From Balanoglossus misakiensis (Eukaryota; Animalia; Hemichordata): a stretch of DNA of 64,000 nucleotides. How positions within the stretch are numbered: position 1 is the first letter of the stretch; each line of letters begins with the position of its first letter. The stretch is taken from the NCBI GenBank assembly GCA_040954595.2, contig CM082579.2, positions 6,189,625-6,253,624 of the forward strand. The letters run 5' to 3'. The position numbers and the translations under genes are program-made. Shown here piece by piece: positions 63,989 through 64,000 of the stretch. A model generated the notes under the pieces. The model saw only the letters and a program-made list of their open reading frames with translations, ran no database searches and was not told where the DNA came from.

Positions 63989-64000
63989 GTAGATGCACTC

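Noticed and set aside
1-64000. CRISPR arrays, rRNA/tRNA genes, selenocysteine read-through, prokaryotic operons
   Set aside because: There is no repeat-spacer array or structural RNA signature, the only tRNA-like piece is a SINE head, and no in-frame TGA interrupts a conserved exon. The DNA is spliceosomal-intron eukaryotic.

Overview
This is eukaryotic (metazoan) genomic DNA: AT-rich with GT-AG introns, and probably from a marine invertebrate, although the taxon cannot be fixed from sequence alone. The ORF track is mostly exon fragments or noise, so the genes below were assembled by hand from splice sites. In order they are: (1) a multi-exon PLP-dependent cysteine-desulfurase-like gene (-, runs off the left edge), head-to-head with (2) a histamine N-methyltransferase-like gene (+); (3-5) a tandem array of three paralogous receptor tyrosine kinases (signal peptide, one cadherin repeat, divergent unassigned domain, EGF, Ig, 1-2 EGF exons, TM, YxxL, TK); (6) an intronless SLC35G/EamA transporter (-); (7) IK/RED spliceosomal protein (-), head-to-head with (8) a KCTD-type BTB protein with a Cys-rich region (+); (9-10) a divergent pair of FOXRED2-like flavoproteins that lack an obvious signal peptide and ER-retention motif. 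A gene-poor tail follows, containing a 1.3-kb foldback element with ~550-bp TIRs and a 7-bp TSD. The best candidate for an undescribed system is the RTK array. Its ectodomain segment is rapidly diverging, catalytic-loop changes include a non-RD copy, one C-terminal Tyr is lost by a nonsense change, and the array shows exon loss, an intron difference and a probable gene-conversion tract.
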